A stretch of DNA of 64,000 bases from Eubacteriales bacterium (GTDB taxonomy: Bacteria; Bacillota; Clostridia; Oscillospirales; CAG-272). Shown in pieces: positions 41,392 to 51,193 of the stretch. The position numbers and the translations under genes were made by a program. The stretch is taken from contig JAZNGE010000040.1 of NCBI GenBank assembly GCA_045576315.1, positions 59,580-123,579 on the forward strand, in the 5' to 3' direction. Numbering within the stretch: position 1 is the first letter of the stretch; every line of letters starts with the position of its first letter. The notes below the pieces were generated by a model. That model was not told the origin of the DNA, did no database searches, and saw only the letters and a program-made list of their open reading frames with translations.

Positions 41392-42453
41392 TTATATCTT
41401 GCGAGTCCAGCCGAATTTATCCTCAACTCTGCCCCACTGAATTCCGGTGAGTATATCGTAGAGCTTTTGGGTAACTTCGCCGATCTTTTCATCGTTTACG
41501 ATGTACTCGACTCCGTCGTACATAAGGCGGCCGATGGGAGATACGACAGCCGCAGTTCCGGTGCCCCATGCCTCCTCAAGCTTGCCTTCCTTAAGTGCGC
41601 CGATAAGCTCATTTATGGAAATGAGTCTTTCGGACACCTTATAGCCGAGCGATTTGAGAACCTCGATACAGGATTTGCGCGTAATGCCGGGCAATATAGA
41701 TCCTGTGAGCTCGGGAGTTACGATCTCGCCGTCAATCTTGAACATAACGTTCATAGCGCCGACCTCTTCTACGTACTTGCGCTCAACACCGTCAAGCCAA
41801 AGGACCTGAGTATAACCCTTCTTCGCTGCTCTCTCACCGGCTCTGGTAGAAGCGGCATAGTTGCCGCCGCACTTAGCGTAGCCGGTTCCGCCACGTACTG
41901 TGCGCACATCCTCGTTTTCGATCATGATCTTAACGGGATTGATGCCTTCCTTGTAGTAGCTGCCGCTGGGAGATGCGATTATCATAAACGTTGCTCTCTT
42001 AACAGCATGAACGCCAAGAGCCTCGTCATTGCCGAACATGAAGGGGCGAATGTAGAGAGAGGTTCCCTCGGAGTGAGGTACCCACGCTTCCTCATGCTTT
42101 ACGAATGCCTCGATAGCATAAAGCATCTCGTCCTCATCGATAAGCGGAAGTGACATACGCTCTGCCGAACGGTTCATTCGTTTTACGTTCTCCATAGGAC
42201 GAAACAGCTGAACGCTGCCGTCTGCTATGCGGTATGCCTTAAGTCCCTCAAATATCTCTGCTCCGTAATGAAGAACGGTAGATGCAGGATGAAGAGAAAT
42301 ATAACCGAAGGGCACGATCCTGGGATCACACCAGCCTTTACCCTCCTCGTAATCCATAACGAACATATGGTCGGTAAAATGCTTACCGAAGCCAAGCTCG
42401 CTTTCCTTGGGCATCACCTTGGGTGCCGTATTTTCCACTACTCTGATATCCAT
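41392..42453 (-). CDS. ilvE: branched-chain amino acid aminotransferase
   Basis: BCAT class IV fold (FGKHFTDHMF, GTGYAKCGGNYAAS, EVGAMNVMF). ATG at 42453 (MDIRVVEN) preferred over the track's TTG at 42477. Confidence 0.93.
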   Translation of the reverse strand: MDIRVVENTAPKVMPKESELGFGKHFTDHMFVMDYEEGKGWCDPRIVPFGYISLHPASTVLHYGAEIFEGLKAYRIADGSVQLFRPMENVKRMNRSAERMSLPLIDEDEMLYAIEAFVKHEEAWVPHSEGTSLYIRPFMFGNDEALGVHAVKRATFMIIASPSGSYYKEGINPVKIMIENEDVRTVRGGTGYAKCGGNYAASTRAGERAAKKGYTQVLWLDGVERKYVEEVGAMNVMFKIDGEIVTPELTGSILPGITRKSCIEVLKSLGYKVSERLISINELIGALKEGKLEEAWGTGTAAVVSPIGRLMYDGVEYIVNDEKIGEVTQKLYDILTGIQWGRVEDKFGWTRKI

Positions 42454-42466
42454 GGCAACACCTATA

Positions 42467-42577
42467 TTATTTTCCAAAAACTTCGATGAGTATGCTTACG
42501 GTAGCGATTACAGTACCAGCAGCCAAAACAGCTACAAGTGCTGCCGCAATGACACGTGTTCTCATTTTGCTCTTCAT
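42467..42577 (-). CDS. candidate 36-aa single-pass membrane peptide
   Basis: Below the track's size cut-off. My translation is MKSKMRTRVIAAALVAVLAAGTVIATVSILIEVFGK. AAAGGA lies 8 nt upstream of the ATG. Basic N-terminus followed by a 24-residue hydrophobic helix. Confidence 0.35.
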   Translation of the reverse strand: MKSKMRTRVIAAALVAVLAAGTVIATVSILIEVFGK

Positions 42578-42660
42578 TTCAATGTCCTTTCTGCCACGCT
42601 TTATGTACGCGTTTTGACAAAAGCCAAATACCCGAATATCTCGGGCAGGCTATGATTTTA

Positions 42661-43698
42661 TTAATTGTTTTGTTGTTTTTTGCTCTCGTAGAATTTAGCG
42701 ATTTGCTTGGTAATATTCTTACCCGAGGAATGCTTCTTAACAGGCAAGAACGTATGTATTCTCGAGAGTCCCTTTGCAACGGAATCTATCGCATTATTAG
42801 GCTTTGTGACAGATACGCCAAGCACCTTTTCCATCATGGTATCAAGTCCGTAAAGCTCTGCCCCGCCACCTGTAAGAACTATTCCGTTTTCAAATATGTC
42901 CTTAACGTATTCGATCGGAATCTTCTTTACAACGTTGGCAACGCAAAGCAAAAGCTTCTGGAGCGGCTTTTCAAAGACACCGACGACGTCATCGGTAGAT
43001 ATCGCCATCTTTACCTTGCTGCCGGTAAGAGAAAGTGTACCCTCAATGTCAATAGTTTCAGGCTCTCTGCCCTGCCATACCGCGCCAAGACGTTCTTTGA
43101 TGGTTCTGGCAACGAGGAGCGAAACGTTCATATCGCCCTGTTCAAGTATGAACTGCTTTATAGCCTTATCAAAATCCTCTCCGCCGACCTGCTCTCTGAC
43201 AGAGATAAGTATCTCGCCCTTGTGAAGCACGGCGATCTCGGTAGAAGCAGCGCCGATGTTAACCGAAATAGCGCTGATATTAGGCGAATATCCCGCGCCG
43301 ATAAGTGCAGCAACCGATCTCTTTACAGCAAAGCATTCTGATACGCCTGCGGACTCGAGCATCGAAAAGATCTCAGACTCCTGTTTTGGAAGAAAATCAG
43401 ACGGAACTCCGATTATACAACGAATTTTATCCGCGGGTTTAACCGCAGCTACAACGTTGCTTATGATCTCCTTTGTGAGATCTGACGAATAAAGAAGACC
43501 GTTTTTAAACGGACGTATAAGAACGCCGTTTTCCGTTTCTTCTCCTTCCTCATTCATTGCAGCTCTGGCACCTATGGAAAGAATACGGCGCGTATTTTTG
43601 TCTATGAGAACCACCGACGGCTCTCTGTATATGTCCGCAACTATGTTCGAAAGCGTAATATTCGCGTATCCGAGATCAATGCCGATTTTCGTTACCAT
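42661..43698 (-). CDS. MreB/Mbl-family actin-like protein (divergent paralog)
   Basis: 345 aa. IGIDLGYANI, EPSVVLID, VNIGAASTEIAVL, and GIVLTGGGAELYGLD match the MreB phosphate/adenosine motifs. Confidence 0.8.
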   Translation of the reverse strand: MVTKIGIDLGYANITLSNIVADIYREPSVVLIDKNTRRILSIGARAAMNEEGEETENGVLIRPFKNGLLYSSDLTKEIISNVVAAVKPADKIRCIIGVPSDFLPKQESEIFSMLESAGVSECFAVKRSVAALIGAGYSPNISAISVNIGAASTEIAVLHKGEILISVREQVGGEDFDKAIKQFILEQGDMNVSLLVARTIKERLGAVWQGREPETIDIEGTLSLTGSKVKMAISTDDVVGVFEKPLQKLLLCVANVVKKIPIEYVKDIFENGIVLTGGGAELYGLDTMMEKVLGVSVTKPNNAIDSVAKGLSRIHTFLPVKKHSSGKNITKQIAKFYESKKQQNN

Positions 43699-43808
43699 GC
43701 CGCACTCCTTTCATATTATCTTGCGTGTTATTGTTTCATTGTATCATATAATTTTCAAAAATTCAAGTGATTTTAAATTATTGTGTCAACAAAATTCAAA
43801 AAAATGCA

Positions 43809-45182
43809 TTATTCGTGTCTTTGAATTATCTTTTCGGATACGAACACGCCACTTGCCGATGCGTGAGAGAGCGAGTGAGTGACGCCGCTACCGTCACCGA
43901 TTACAAACAAGCCCTTATGCTTTGTTTCAAGATTATTGTCAAGCTCGACCTCCATATTGTAGAACTTGACCTCGACTCCGTATATGAGAGTGTCGTCATT
44001 TGCCATACCGGGAGCGATCTTATCAAGCGCATAGATCATCTCGATAATACCGTCAAGTATACGCTTGGGAAGAACGAGGCTGAGGTCACCGGGAGTTGCG
44101 GCAAGGGTCGGACGCACGGTGTTTTCCTCTATTCTGCTCACGGTGCTTCGTCTACCGCGCTCAAGATCACCGAAGCGCTGAACGATAACTCCGCCACCAA
44201 GCATATTGGAGAGCTTTGCTATATTCTCACCGTAGCCGTTACTGTCCTTAAAGGGCTCGGAGAAATGCTTTGCAACAAGAAGTGCAAAGTTGGTATTCTC
44301 GGTCTTCTTTGCGGGATCCTCAAAGCTGTGGCCGTTTACGGTAACGATACCGTTTGTATTTTCGTTAACGACGATGCCGTGAGGATTCATGCAGAACGTT
44401 CTTACCCTATCCTCAAACTTCTCGGTCTTATATACGATCTTGCTCTCGTAGAGCTCATCGGTAATATGCTCGAATATAACAGCGGGGATCTCCACGCGCA
44501 CGCCTATATCCACACGGCTGGAATTGGTGGGAATGTCGAGATCACGGCATACGCCCTCCATCCACTTGCTTCCGCTTCTGCCTACGGAAATAATGCAATA
44601 CTCGCTCTCGTATACCTTTCCCTTGGCGGTAACGGCATAGCCGTTTTCGGTCTTGGATATTTTATCTACGGGCGTGTTGAAATAGAAATCCATCTTTTCC
44701 TTCATCTCGGAATAGAGGTTTTCAAGCACAACGTAGTTTATATCCGTGCCAAGATGGCGTACGGAAGCATCGAGAAGCGTCAGTTTATTCTGTATACATT
44801 TCTTTTTGAAGGACGTACCGGCGGTCGAGTACATATGAGTTCCCTCTCCACCGTATGCCATATTGATAGTATCCACGTACTTCATAAGGTCGATCGCCTT
44901 CTTGCGACCTATGTACTCATAAAGTGAGCCGCCGAAGTCGTTGGTTATATTGTATTTACCGTCCGAAAACGCTCCCGCGCCGCCAAAGCCGTTCATTATT
45001 GCGCAGGTCTTGCACTTTATACAGCTCTTAATCTTGTCACCGTCTATGGGGCAACGGCGCTTGGACAGCTCGTTTCCCGCCTCAAAGACCGCGATCTTAA
45101 GCTCGGGCGCTTTCTTCATAAATTCATACGCAGAGAAAATACCGCCGGGGCCTGCTCCGACAATTATAACATCGTATTTCAT
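43809..45182 (-). CDS. NAD(P)/FAD-dependent oxidoreductase (uncharacterised FAD dehydrogenase family)
   Basis: 457 aa. Rossmann motif YDVIIVGAGPGG. Cys cluster CPIDGDKIKSCIKCKTC. C-terminal GLFVIGDGSG. Confidence 0.8.
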   Translation of the reverse strand: MKYDVIIVGAGPGGIFSAYEFMKKAPELKIAVFEAGNELSKRRCPIDGDKIKSCIKCKTCAIMNGFGGAGAFSDGKYNITNDFGGSLYEYIGRKKAIDLMKYVDTINMAYGGEGTHMYSTAGTSFKKKCIQNKLTLLDASVRHLGTDINYVVLENLYSEMKEKMDFYFNTPVDKISKTENGYAVTAKGKVYESEYCIISVGRSGSKWMEGVCRDLDIPTNSSRVDIGVRVEIPAVIFEHITDELYESKIVYKTEKFEDRVRTFCMNPHGIVVNENTNGIVTVNGHSFEDPAKKTENTNFALLVAKHFSEPFKDSNGYGENIAKLSNMLGGGVIVQRFGDLERGRRSTVSRIEENTVRPTLAATPGDLSLVLPKRILDGIIEMIYALDKIAPGMANDDTLIYGVEVKFYNMEVELDNNLETKHKGLFVIGDGSGVTHSLSHASASGVFVSEKIIQRHE

Positions 45183-45193
45183 ATTTTATCTCC

Positions 45194-47401
45194 TCAAGAG
45201 TTTTGTATTCTGTATTTCAAGGTCGTGTAACGCAACACTTCCATATTGTTGGCTACCATTTTTGATGGGATGTCACTACGTCCGACTACAATTACCATTT
45301 TCTTCGCTCTGGTAACTGCCGTGTACAAAAGATTTCTTGTCATCAGCATTGGCGGACAGTAATACATAGGGATAATGACTACCGGGTATTCACTTCCCTG
45401 GCTTTTATGCACGGTTATAGCATAAGCCAGATCAAGCTCCTCGGCTGTGTCAAAGGAATATTTAGCAAGACGGTCATCAAATCGCACAAGTATTTCCTCA
45501 TCCGTCGGCTTTATAAGCTCGATAACGCCTATATCACCGTTAAATACTCCTGTGCCCGTAACTCCGTTCTTCTCCCACTCGATCTCGTAATTGTTAGTGG
45601 TTTGCATCACTCTGTCTCCCTCTCGCAAAACAATGGAGTGTATCTCCACCTCTTTTTTAAACTTTGCGGGGGGATTTATCTGCTGCTGAAGCTCCGGATT
45701 CAATACACTTACACCGCCGTATCCCTTCTTTGACGGTGTTATTACCTGTATCTCGCTACGGATACTGTTTCCGTAGGTTTTGGGTAGCCTTTGAGTTATA
45801 AGCGATGCCACGGTGGCTGATATCTCTCGCTCGTTTTCTCGGCACACAAAAAAGAAGTCGCTCTTCGTGTCGTTGAGTATAGGATCGATACCGCCGTTAA
45901 TGCGGTGAGCGTTGGTGACTATAAGACTTTCCTTGGACTGTCTGAAAACCTCGGTAAGACAAACCGTGGTTATCCTGCCGGAATCTATAAAATCGGCAAG
46001 TATATTCCCAGCACCAACGCTGGGGAGCTGGTCGGAGTCACCTATGAGTATCAGGCGCGCGCCTCTTTTGAGCGCTTTGAAAAGTGCGGTCATAAGCGAC
46101 AGGTCTATCATTGATGCCTCATCGACTATAACCACGTTTTCGTCAAGCGGATTTTTCGCGTCCCTGAAAAATCGAGGCTCGTCGTCTACAACACGCTCCA
46201 TCTCAAGCATTCTGTGCACGGTTTTAGCTTCCTCTCCGGTTGCCTCGCTGAGTCTTTTTGCGGCGCGGCCGGTAGGAGCGGAAAGCACGCATTTATGGCC
46301 TATGCTGTCAAATATAGCAAGCAAGCCCTTTACTACCGTGGTCTTTCCCGTACCGGGGCCGCCTGTCAAAACCATGACGCTACCGTTGAGCGCCTCGAAT
46401 ATAGCCTTTCTCTGAAGATCGGCGTAGGAGATGCCAAAGCGGGTCTCCACCTGCTGTATCATCGCCCAGATGTCGCCCGCGCTGAAATGATTGACAAAGC
46501 GGTCGATCTCCGCAATTCTCGATGCGATATATCTCTCCGATTCGGCGACCTCGACCGTCATTACGTACTTGGTGCCGTCAAACTCGTTTATGACTATCTG
46601 CTCGCGCTTTACAAGATCGGGCAAAAGCGCGGCCACGTCATCCTCTGATATGGCAAGAATGCTTGCTGCGGCGCTGACGAGCTTATCGCAGGGCAAACAC
46701 GTATGGCCGTTCATCGTTGCGTTGTAATCAAGGGTGTAGTTAACTCCGGCAAGTATACGCGCAGGTGAATTCGGAGCAATACCGAGATCCTTTGCCATTG
46801 AGTCGACCTTTTCAAAGGAAATGCCGTGGCGGTCGGCGCAAAGGACGTAGGGATTTTCCTTTATTATTCCGATAGCTCCCGCACCGAAGCGTTTATACAC
46901 CTTGGTGACGTCGCCTTTGTCCATATAGCCCTTGCAGAACATCATAACGTTGCGCATGCCCGTCTGTTCTCTGAAGGACTCGGATATTGCTGCCGCCTTT
47001 TTCATCGTTATACCGGGGATATCCACGAGCCACTCGGGGTGATTCTCAATAACGTCGAAGGTGTCAACGCCGAATTTGTTGACTATTTTAAGCGCGGTTA
47101 CCGGTCCGATGCCTTTAACGGTTTTAGACGAAAGATACTGTAAAATTCCGTCTATCTCCTCGGGAAGCGTCTTCTCGTACGCCTCAAAGGCGAACTGCCT
47201 GCCAAATTCCTTGTGAAAGGTGAAATCGCCGTAAAGAGTGACGTTTTCTCCCTCAAACGCCATAGGCATAATGCCCACGGCGGTTATAAGATTGTTCTCG
47301 GAGTCGACCACCTCAAGAACGGTGTAATCGTTATTCTCGTTACGGTAAACCACGTTTTCAATCACTCCGCTTACCGTCTTTTGACCTGTCAATCCGTTCA
47401 T
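45194..47401 (-). CDS. recD2: ATP-dependent RecD2-like DNA helicase
   Basis: 735 aa. Walker A GGPGTGKTT, LILIGDSDQLPSVGAG, and AITVHKSQGSE. Confidence 0.92.
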   Translation of the reverse strand: MNGLTGQKTVSGVIENVVYRNENNDYTVLEVVDSENNLITAVGIMPMAFEGENVTLYGDFTFHKEFGRQFAFEAYEKTLPEEIDGILQYLSSKTVKGIGPVTALKIVNKFGVDTFDVIENHPEWLVDIPGITMKKAAAISESFREQTGMRNVMMFCKGYMDKGDVTKVYKRFGAGAIGIIKENPYVLCADRHGISFEKVDSMAKDLGIAPNSPARILAGVNYTLDYNATMNGHTCLPCDKLVSAAASILAISEDDVAALLPDLVKREQIVINEFDGTKYVMTVEVAESERYIASRIAEIDRFVNHFSAGDIWAMIQQVETRFGISYADLQRKAIFEALNGSVMVLTGGPGTGKTTVVKGLLAIFDSIGHKCVLSAPTGRAAKRLSEATGEEAKTVHRMLEMERVVDDEPRFFRDAKNPLDENVVIVDEASMIDLSLMTALFKALKRGARLILIGDSDQLPSVGAGNILADFIDSGRITTVCLTEVFRQSKESLIVTNAHRINGGIDPILNDTKSDFFFVCRENEREISATVASLITQRLPKTYGNSIRSEIQVITPSKKGYGGVSVLNPELQQQINPPAKFKKEVEIHSIVLREGDRVMQTTNNYEIEWEKNGVTGTGVFNGDIGVIELIKPTDEEILVRFDDRLAKYSFDTAEELDLAYAITVHKSQGSEYPVVIIPMYYCPPMLMTRNLLYTAVTRAKKMVIVVGRSDIPSKMVANNMEVLRYTTLKYRIQNS

Positions 47402-47601
47402 CAGCCGCTCCTTTCTTTAACTATCGCATATATTATAACAAAAGATAGTTAAAATAGCAAGGGGGTTAGACCGATTTTTTTGAACAGATTATGCATATTC
47501 ATACCATTATCAACCGCACATTCGTATTGACAAATAAATTTGCACGTGTTATAATCATATTGCCGGTTTTAAGCCATTTTTTGATATTTACGAGGTGAGA
47601 T

Positions 47602-48384
47602 ATGCAAGCGGAATTCGGTGCAAAGCGAGAGCACAACAACACTCTGTACTACAACTCATGCAAAAACGATTCGGGAGTCTTTCACTTTCATTCGCAGATA
47701 GAGCTTTACTTTATTGACGAGGGAGAGATGGAGGTGCTGATAAACGACAGGCGCAGGGTGCTTAAGGCAGGCGAGATGTCAGTGGCGCTCAGCTTTGTTC
47801 CCCACGGATACGCTACCCCGCACGCATCGCGGTCGTCTTACGTCGTTATACCCACGCATATGTGCAATGAGTTTGTCACCGAGACAAAAGACAAGATCGT
47901 TGAAAACCCGTTTATCTGCGACAAGGAAACCGTGGCGCGCATACGCGGCTGCTACGATCTGATGAAGCGCGAGGGGATAAACGACGTTGAAAAGCGCGGA
48001 TATATATACGTTATGCTCGGTATAATAATGGACTACTTAAGCTTTGAAAGCTCGTATTCCACCAATGCGCCCGAGCTGTCCTCAAAGATCTTACTGTACA
48101 TAAGTGAAAACTACAAAACCGGTATAACCCCCGGTGACGTAGCCGAGCATTTCGGTTACAGCCGAAGCCATATATCGAGATATTTCAGATCCTGCTTCAA
48201 CATAACCCTCGTAAAGTACATTACGATAATCAGACTGAAAAACGCTATGCTTTTATTGCGTGAGGGCAAGCACAATACTACGTATTGCGCACTTGAGAGC
48301 GGATTCTCGTCAATGAGAACCTTTTACCGTGCCTTTTACGATGAGTTCGGATGCTCGCCAAAGGAATATCTAAACAGAAAATAA
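47602..48384 (+). CDS. AraC family transcriptional regulator (cupin sensor plus HTH)
   Basis: 260 aa. N-terminal cupin-like region (HFHSQIELYFIDEGEMEV). C-terminal AraC HTH (GFSSMRTFYRAFYDEFGCSPKEY). Confidence 0.9.
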   Translation: MQAEFGAKREHNNTLYYNSCKNDSGVFHFHSQIELYFIDEGEMEVLINDRRRVLKAGEMSVALSFVPHGYATPHASRSSYVVIPTHMCNEFVTETKDKIVENPFICDKETVARIRGCYDLMKREGINDVEKRGYIYVMLGIIMDYLSFESSYSTNAPELSSKILLYISENYKTGITPGDVAEHFGYSRSHISRYFRSCFNITLVKYITIIRLKNAMLLLREGKHNTTYCALESGFSSMRTFYRAFYDEFGCSPKEYLNRK

Positions 48385-48387
48385 AAC

Positions 48388-48425
48388 GAAAAAGAGCGAC
48401 AGGCAGTGCCTATCGCTCTTTTTTA
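48388..48425. terminator. bidirectional terminator between the AraC gene and metK
   Basis: AAAGAGCGA (48391-48399) pairs with TCGCTCTTT (48413-48421). A-rich before and T-run after. Confidence 0.7.
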
Positions 48426-48432
48426 TCACCAA

Positions 48433-49617
48433 TTAACCAAGACAGATCTTTTTAAGCTCGTCCGCGATGTCGCAGATCTCCCACTTAACGCCAAGGTCCT
48501 CTCTGCCCATATGTCCGTATGCAGCGAGCTGCTTGTAGATGGGCTTGCGGAGATCGAACTTTTCGATTATTGCAGCGGGACGAAGGTCAACGAGCTGATT
48601 TACAGCCTCGGCGATCTTTGCCTCGTCGCAAACAGCGGTACCAAAGGTCTCGATCATTACGGATACGGGGCGTGCGATACCAATAGCATAAGCTATCTGA
48701 ACCTCACACTTCTTTGCAAGGCCTGCTTTAACTACGTTCTTTGCAACGTATCTTGCTGCGTAAGACGCGCTACGGTCAACCTTGGTGGGATCCTTGCCAG
48801 AGAAAGCGCCGCCGCCGTGACGGGAATAGCCGCCGTATGTATCAACGATGATCTTACGTCCGGTAAGACCGGTATCGCCCTGAGGGCCGCCGATTACGAA
48901 ACGGCCGGTGGGGTTAACGTAGATGTTTACCTTGCCATCCATAAGGTGCTTGGGAATGATGGGAAGGATGACCTGCTCAAGAATATCCTTGCGAATAGTA
49001 GCATTATCAACCTCTGCACTATGCTGAGTGGATACTACGACGGTATCAACACGGGTGGGAACGCCGTTCACGTACTCAACGGTGACCTGAGTCTTACCGT
49101 CGGGACGGAGATACGAGAGCTTGCCGCTCTTTCTGACGTCGGTCAGGCGCTTTGCAAGCTTGTGTGCAAGGGATATGGGAAGAGGCATAAGCTCGGGGGT
49201 CTCGTCGCAAGCGAAGCCGAACATAATTCCCTGGTCGCCCGCACCTGTATCGAGTGCATCGGTCATCTCGCCGTCCTTTGCTTCAAGGCACTTATCAACG
49301 CCCATTGCGATATCGGCGCTCTGCTCGTGGATCGAGGAGAGGACTGCGCAGGTGTTGGCATCGAAGCCGAACTTTGCTCTGTTGTAGCCGATCTCGTTAA
49401 CAGTGTCACGAACGATCTTCTGAACGTCGAACTTTGCATTTGTGGTGATCTCACCCATTACGGTGATGATACCGGTTGTTGCGAAGGTCTCGCAAGCAAC
49501 ACGGCTCATAGGATCCTGCGAGAGAATCTCGTCAAGTATAGAATCGGATATTTTATCACATATTTTGTCGGGGTGTCCCTCGGTTACCGACTCCGAGGTG
49601 AAAAGCATTTTTTCCAT
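48433..49617 (-). CDS. metK: S-adenosylmethionine synthase
   Basis: Start at ATG 49617 ([18 protein letters not shown]) with [22 protein letters not shown] and GGGAFSGKD motifs. The track start at 49689 runs into the riboswitch. Confidence 0.97.
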   Translation of the reverse strand: MEKMLFTSESVTEGHPDKICDKISDSILDEILSQDPMSRVACETFATTGIITVMGEITTNAKFDVQKIVRDTVNEIGYNRAKFGFDANTCAVLSSIHEQSADIAMGVDKCLEAKDGEMTDALDTGAGDQGIMFGFACDETPELMPLPISLAHKLAKRLTDVRKSGKLSYLRPDGKTQVTVEYVNGVPTRVDTVVVSTQHSAEVDNATIRKDILEQVILPIIPKHLMDGKVNIYVNPTGRFVIGGPQGDTGLTGRKIIVDTYGGYSRHGGGAFSGKDPTKVDRSASYAARYVAKNVVKAGLAKKCEVQIAYAIGIARPVSVMIETFGTAVCDEAKIAEAVNQLVDLRPAAIIEKFDLRKPIYKQLAAYGHMGREDLGVKWEICDIADELKKICLG

Positions 49618-49649
49618 TTGATATTCCTTTCGCTTATTATCGCTTATCA

Positions 49650-49785
49650 ACAAAAAGCACTCGAAAATTGCGGCGCAATTCCCGAGCACGACAAAAACTC
49701 ATCTATCGGGATTTAGCACCTTATATTTTCATATAGGTTGCCGGGTTTCACAGGGCCAGTCCCTCCACCACTCTTGATAAGCGTT
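49650..49785 (-). promoter_or_regulatory. SAM-I (S-box) riboswitch with terminator expression platform
   Basis: The minus strand reads TTATCAAGAGTGGTGGAGGGACTGGCCCTGTGAAACCCGGCAACC...AAGGTGCTAAATCC...GATAGATGAG, which is the near-invariant SAM-I core. It is followed by the hairpin CTCGGGAATTG...CAATTTTCGAG and TGCTTTTTG. It lies directly upstream of metK. Confidence 0.92.
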
Positions 49786-49801
49786 ATTCAATTACCGATA
49801 C

Positions 49802-49830
49802 ATTATAGCATATACGCACAAAAAAATCAA
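49802..49830 (-). promoter_or_regulatory. candidate sigma-A promoter for the SAM riboswitch-metK transcript
   Basis: On the minus strand, TTGATT (49830-49825), 17-nt spacer, TGC-TATAAT extended -10 (TATAAT at 49807-49802). Confidence 0.6.
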
Positions 49831-49840
49831 GAGGTTAGTC

Positions 49841-49879
49841 AAAAAAAGTTGAAGTGTAGCGAATACCGCTACACTTCAA
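49841..49879 (-). terminator. rho-independent terminator after the phosphofructokinase gene
   Basis: Perfect 12-bp stem TTGAAGTGTAGC / GCTACACTTCAA (49849-49860 and 49868-49879). Run of 7 U on the minus-strand transcript. Confidence 0.8.
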
Positions 49880-49894
49880 GCATTTATGACTGTT

Positions 49895-51127
49895 TTATAC
49901 CGTTATATGCTTAGGCATTCCGTTATCGTATACCACATTTATCTCGCCCCGGATCAGAGGCGCGAGGTATGCAAGACCTGCCTCGGTGATGCCGTCGGCG
50001 GTGTCGGTGATATATTCGTCGGGTACGCCGCGTACGGCGTTGGCAATAGATGAAATATCGGCACAGCCGACAGACGAGCAATACTCGTCCTCGGGAAGAC
50101 GGTCAATAGTCATCATAACGCCCGTGCGGCCGCGCAAAGCTACGTTAAAAGCACCCTTGCCTACACCTACGGACTCCTCAATATCGGTGCGCGAAAGCAG
50201 ATGTCCTGCGGCACGCTGAGGAAGGTTGAGCTCGATAGAACGAACCTTGCAGCCTATTCTTTCCTTAACGATCCATTCAAGCGCCTTTCCCGCGCCGGAA
50301 AGCTGTACGTGTCCGAATGCGTCAACGGTGGATTTTGATGCTCCGACGTACGTGCCGTCAGCAAAGCGAATGCCCTCGGAGATAGCGACGAGGACGTCGG
50401 GATGCTCGTCAAGCGCGCGCTTGACGGAATCAATAAATTTTTCAAGGTCGAATACGCGCTCGGGCAAATATATGAGATCGGGGGCTCTGCCGCCCGAAAT
50501 GACAGGGAGCGCCGCAGAAGCGGTAAGCCAACCGGCATCTCTGCCCATTATCTCAACAATGGTGACGGCCTTTATGGTATAGACCGAAACGTCGCGCATT
50601 ATCTCCTTTACGGTTGTGGCAACGTATTTTGCCGCAGAGCCGAAGCCGGGGGTATGATCGGTCGCCATAAGGTCGTTATCGATGGTTTTGGGTACACCTA
50701 CGACACGGATCTCGTAGTCATGCTCCTTGGCGTATGCCGAGAGCTTGGATACCGTATCCATCGAGTCGTTACCGCCGATATAGAAGAAGTAGCGGATGTT
50801 GTATTTTTTGAGTATTTCGAATATGCGTGAATAGGTTTCGGAGTTGTCGGCGGGTGCGCGCATTTTTTTACGGCAGGAGCCGAGTGCCGCCGCGGGAGTC
50901 TGCTCGAGTATATCAAGATCACGGCCACCCTCAAATCGAGCGGTAAGATCAACGAAATCCTCGCGTAAAAATCCCTCAATGCCGTTACGCATACCGTAAA
51001 GAGTTTCAACGTGTCCGTCCGCTTTGGCGCGGAGCGCGCCTCTGATAACACCGGAAAGTGTGGCGTTTATCGCCGCGGTAGGTCCGCCTGACTGTCCGAC
51101 TACCGCATTACCCTTCAAAATCTCCAT
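49895..51127 (-). CDS. pfp: phosphofructokinase, probably diphosphate (PPi)-dependent
   Basis: 410 aa. GQSGGPTAAINA, IGGNDSM (not GGDGS), and VPKTIDNDL (Lys where ATP-dependent enzymes have Gly). Confidence 0.85.
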   Translation of the reverse strand: MEILKGNAVVGQSGGPTAAINATLSGVIRGALRAKADGHVETLYGMRNGIEGFLREDFVDLTARFEGGRDLDILEQTPAAALGSCRKKMRAPADNSETYSRIFEILKKYNIRYFFYIGGNDSMDTVSKLSAYAKEHDYEIRVVGVPKTIDNDLMATDHTPGFGSAAKYVATTVKEIMRDVSVYTIKAVTIVEIMGRDAGWLTASAALPVISGGRAPDLIYLPERVFDLEKFIDSVKRALDEHPDVLVAISEGIRFADGTYVGASKSTVDAFGHVQLSGAGKALEWIVKERIGCKVRSIELNLPQRAAGHLLSRTDIEESVGVGKGAFNVALRGRTGVMMTIDRLPEDEYCSSVGCADISSIANAVRGVPDEYITDTADGITEAGLAYLAPLIRGEINVVYDNGMPKHITV

Positions 51128-51193
51128 AAACCCTCCGAAAAGAAAATATTACACTACATTGTAGCATATTTCGGTAGGTTTTTCAACCGTATT

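Noticed and set aside
41311-44927. 280-aa, 261-aa and 386-aa plus-strand ORFs (41311-42153, 42556-43341, 43767-44927).
   Set aside because: Each is antisense to a well-supported minus-strand gene: ilvE, the mreB-like gene and the FAD oxidoreductase. None has a recognisable domain.
48406-49716. 436-aa plus-strand ORF.
   Set aside because: It is an antisense shadow of metK, and it also runs through the SAM riboswitch.
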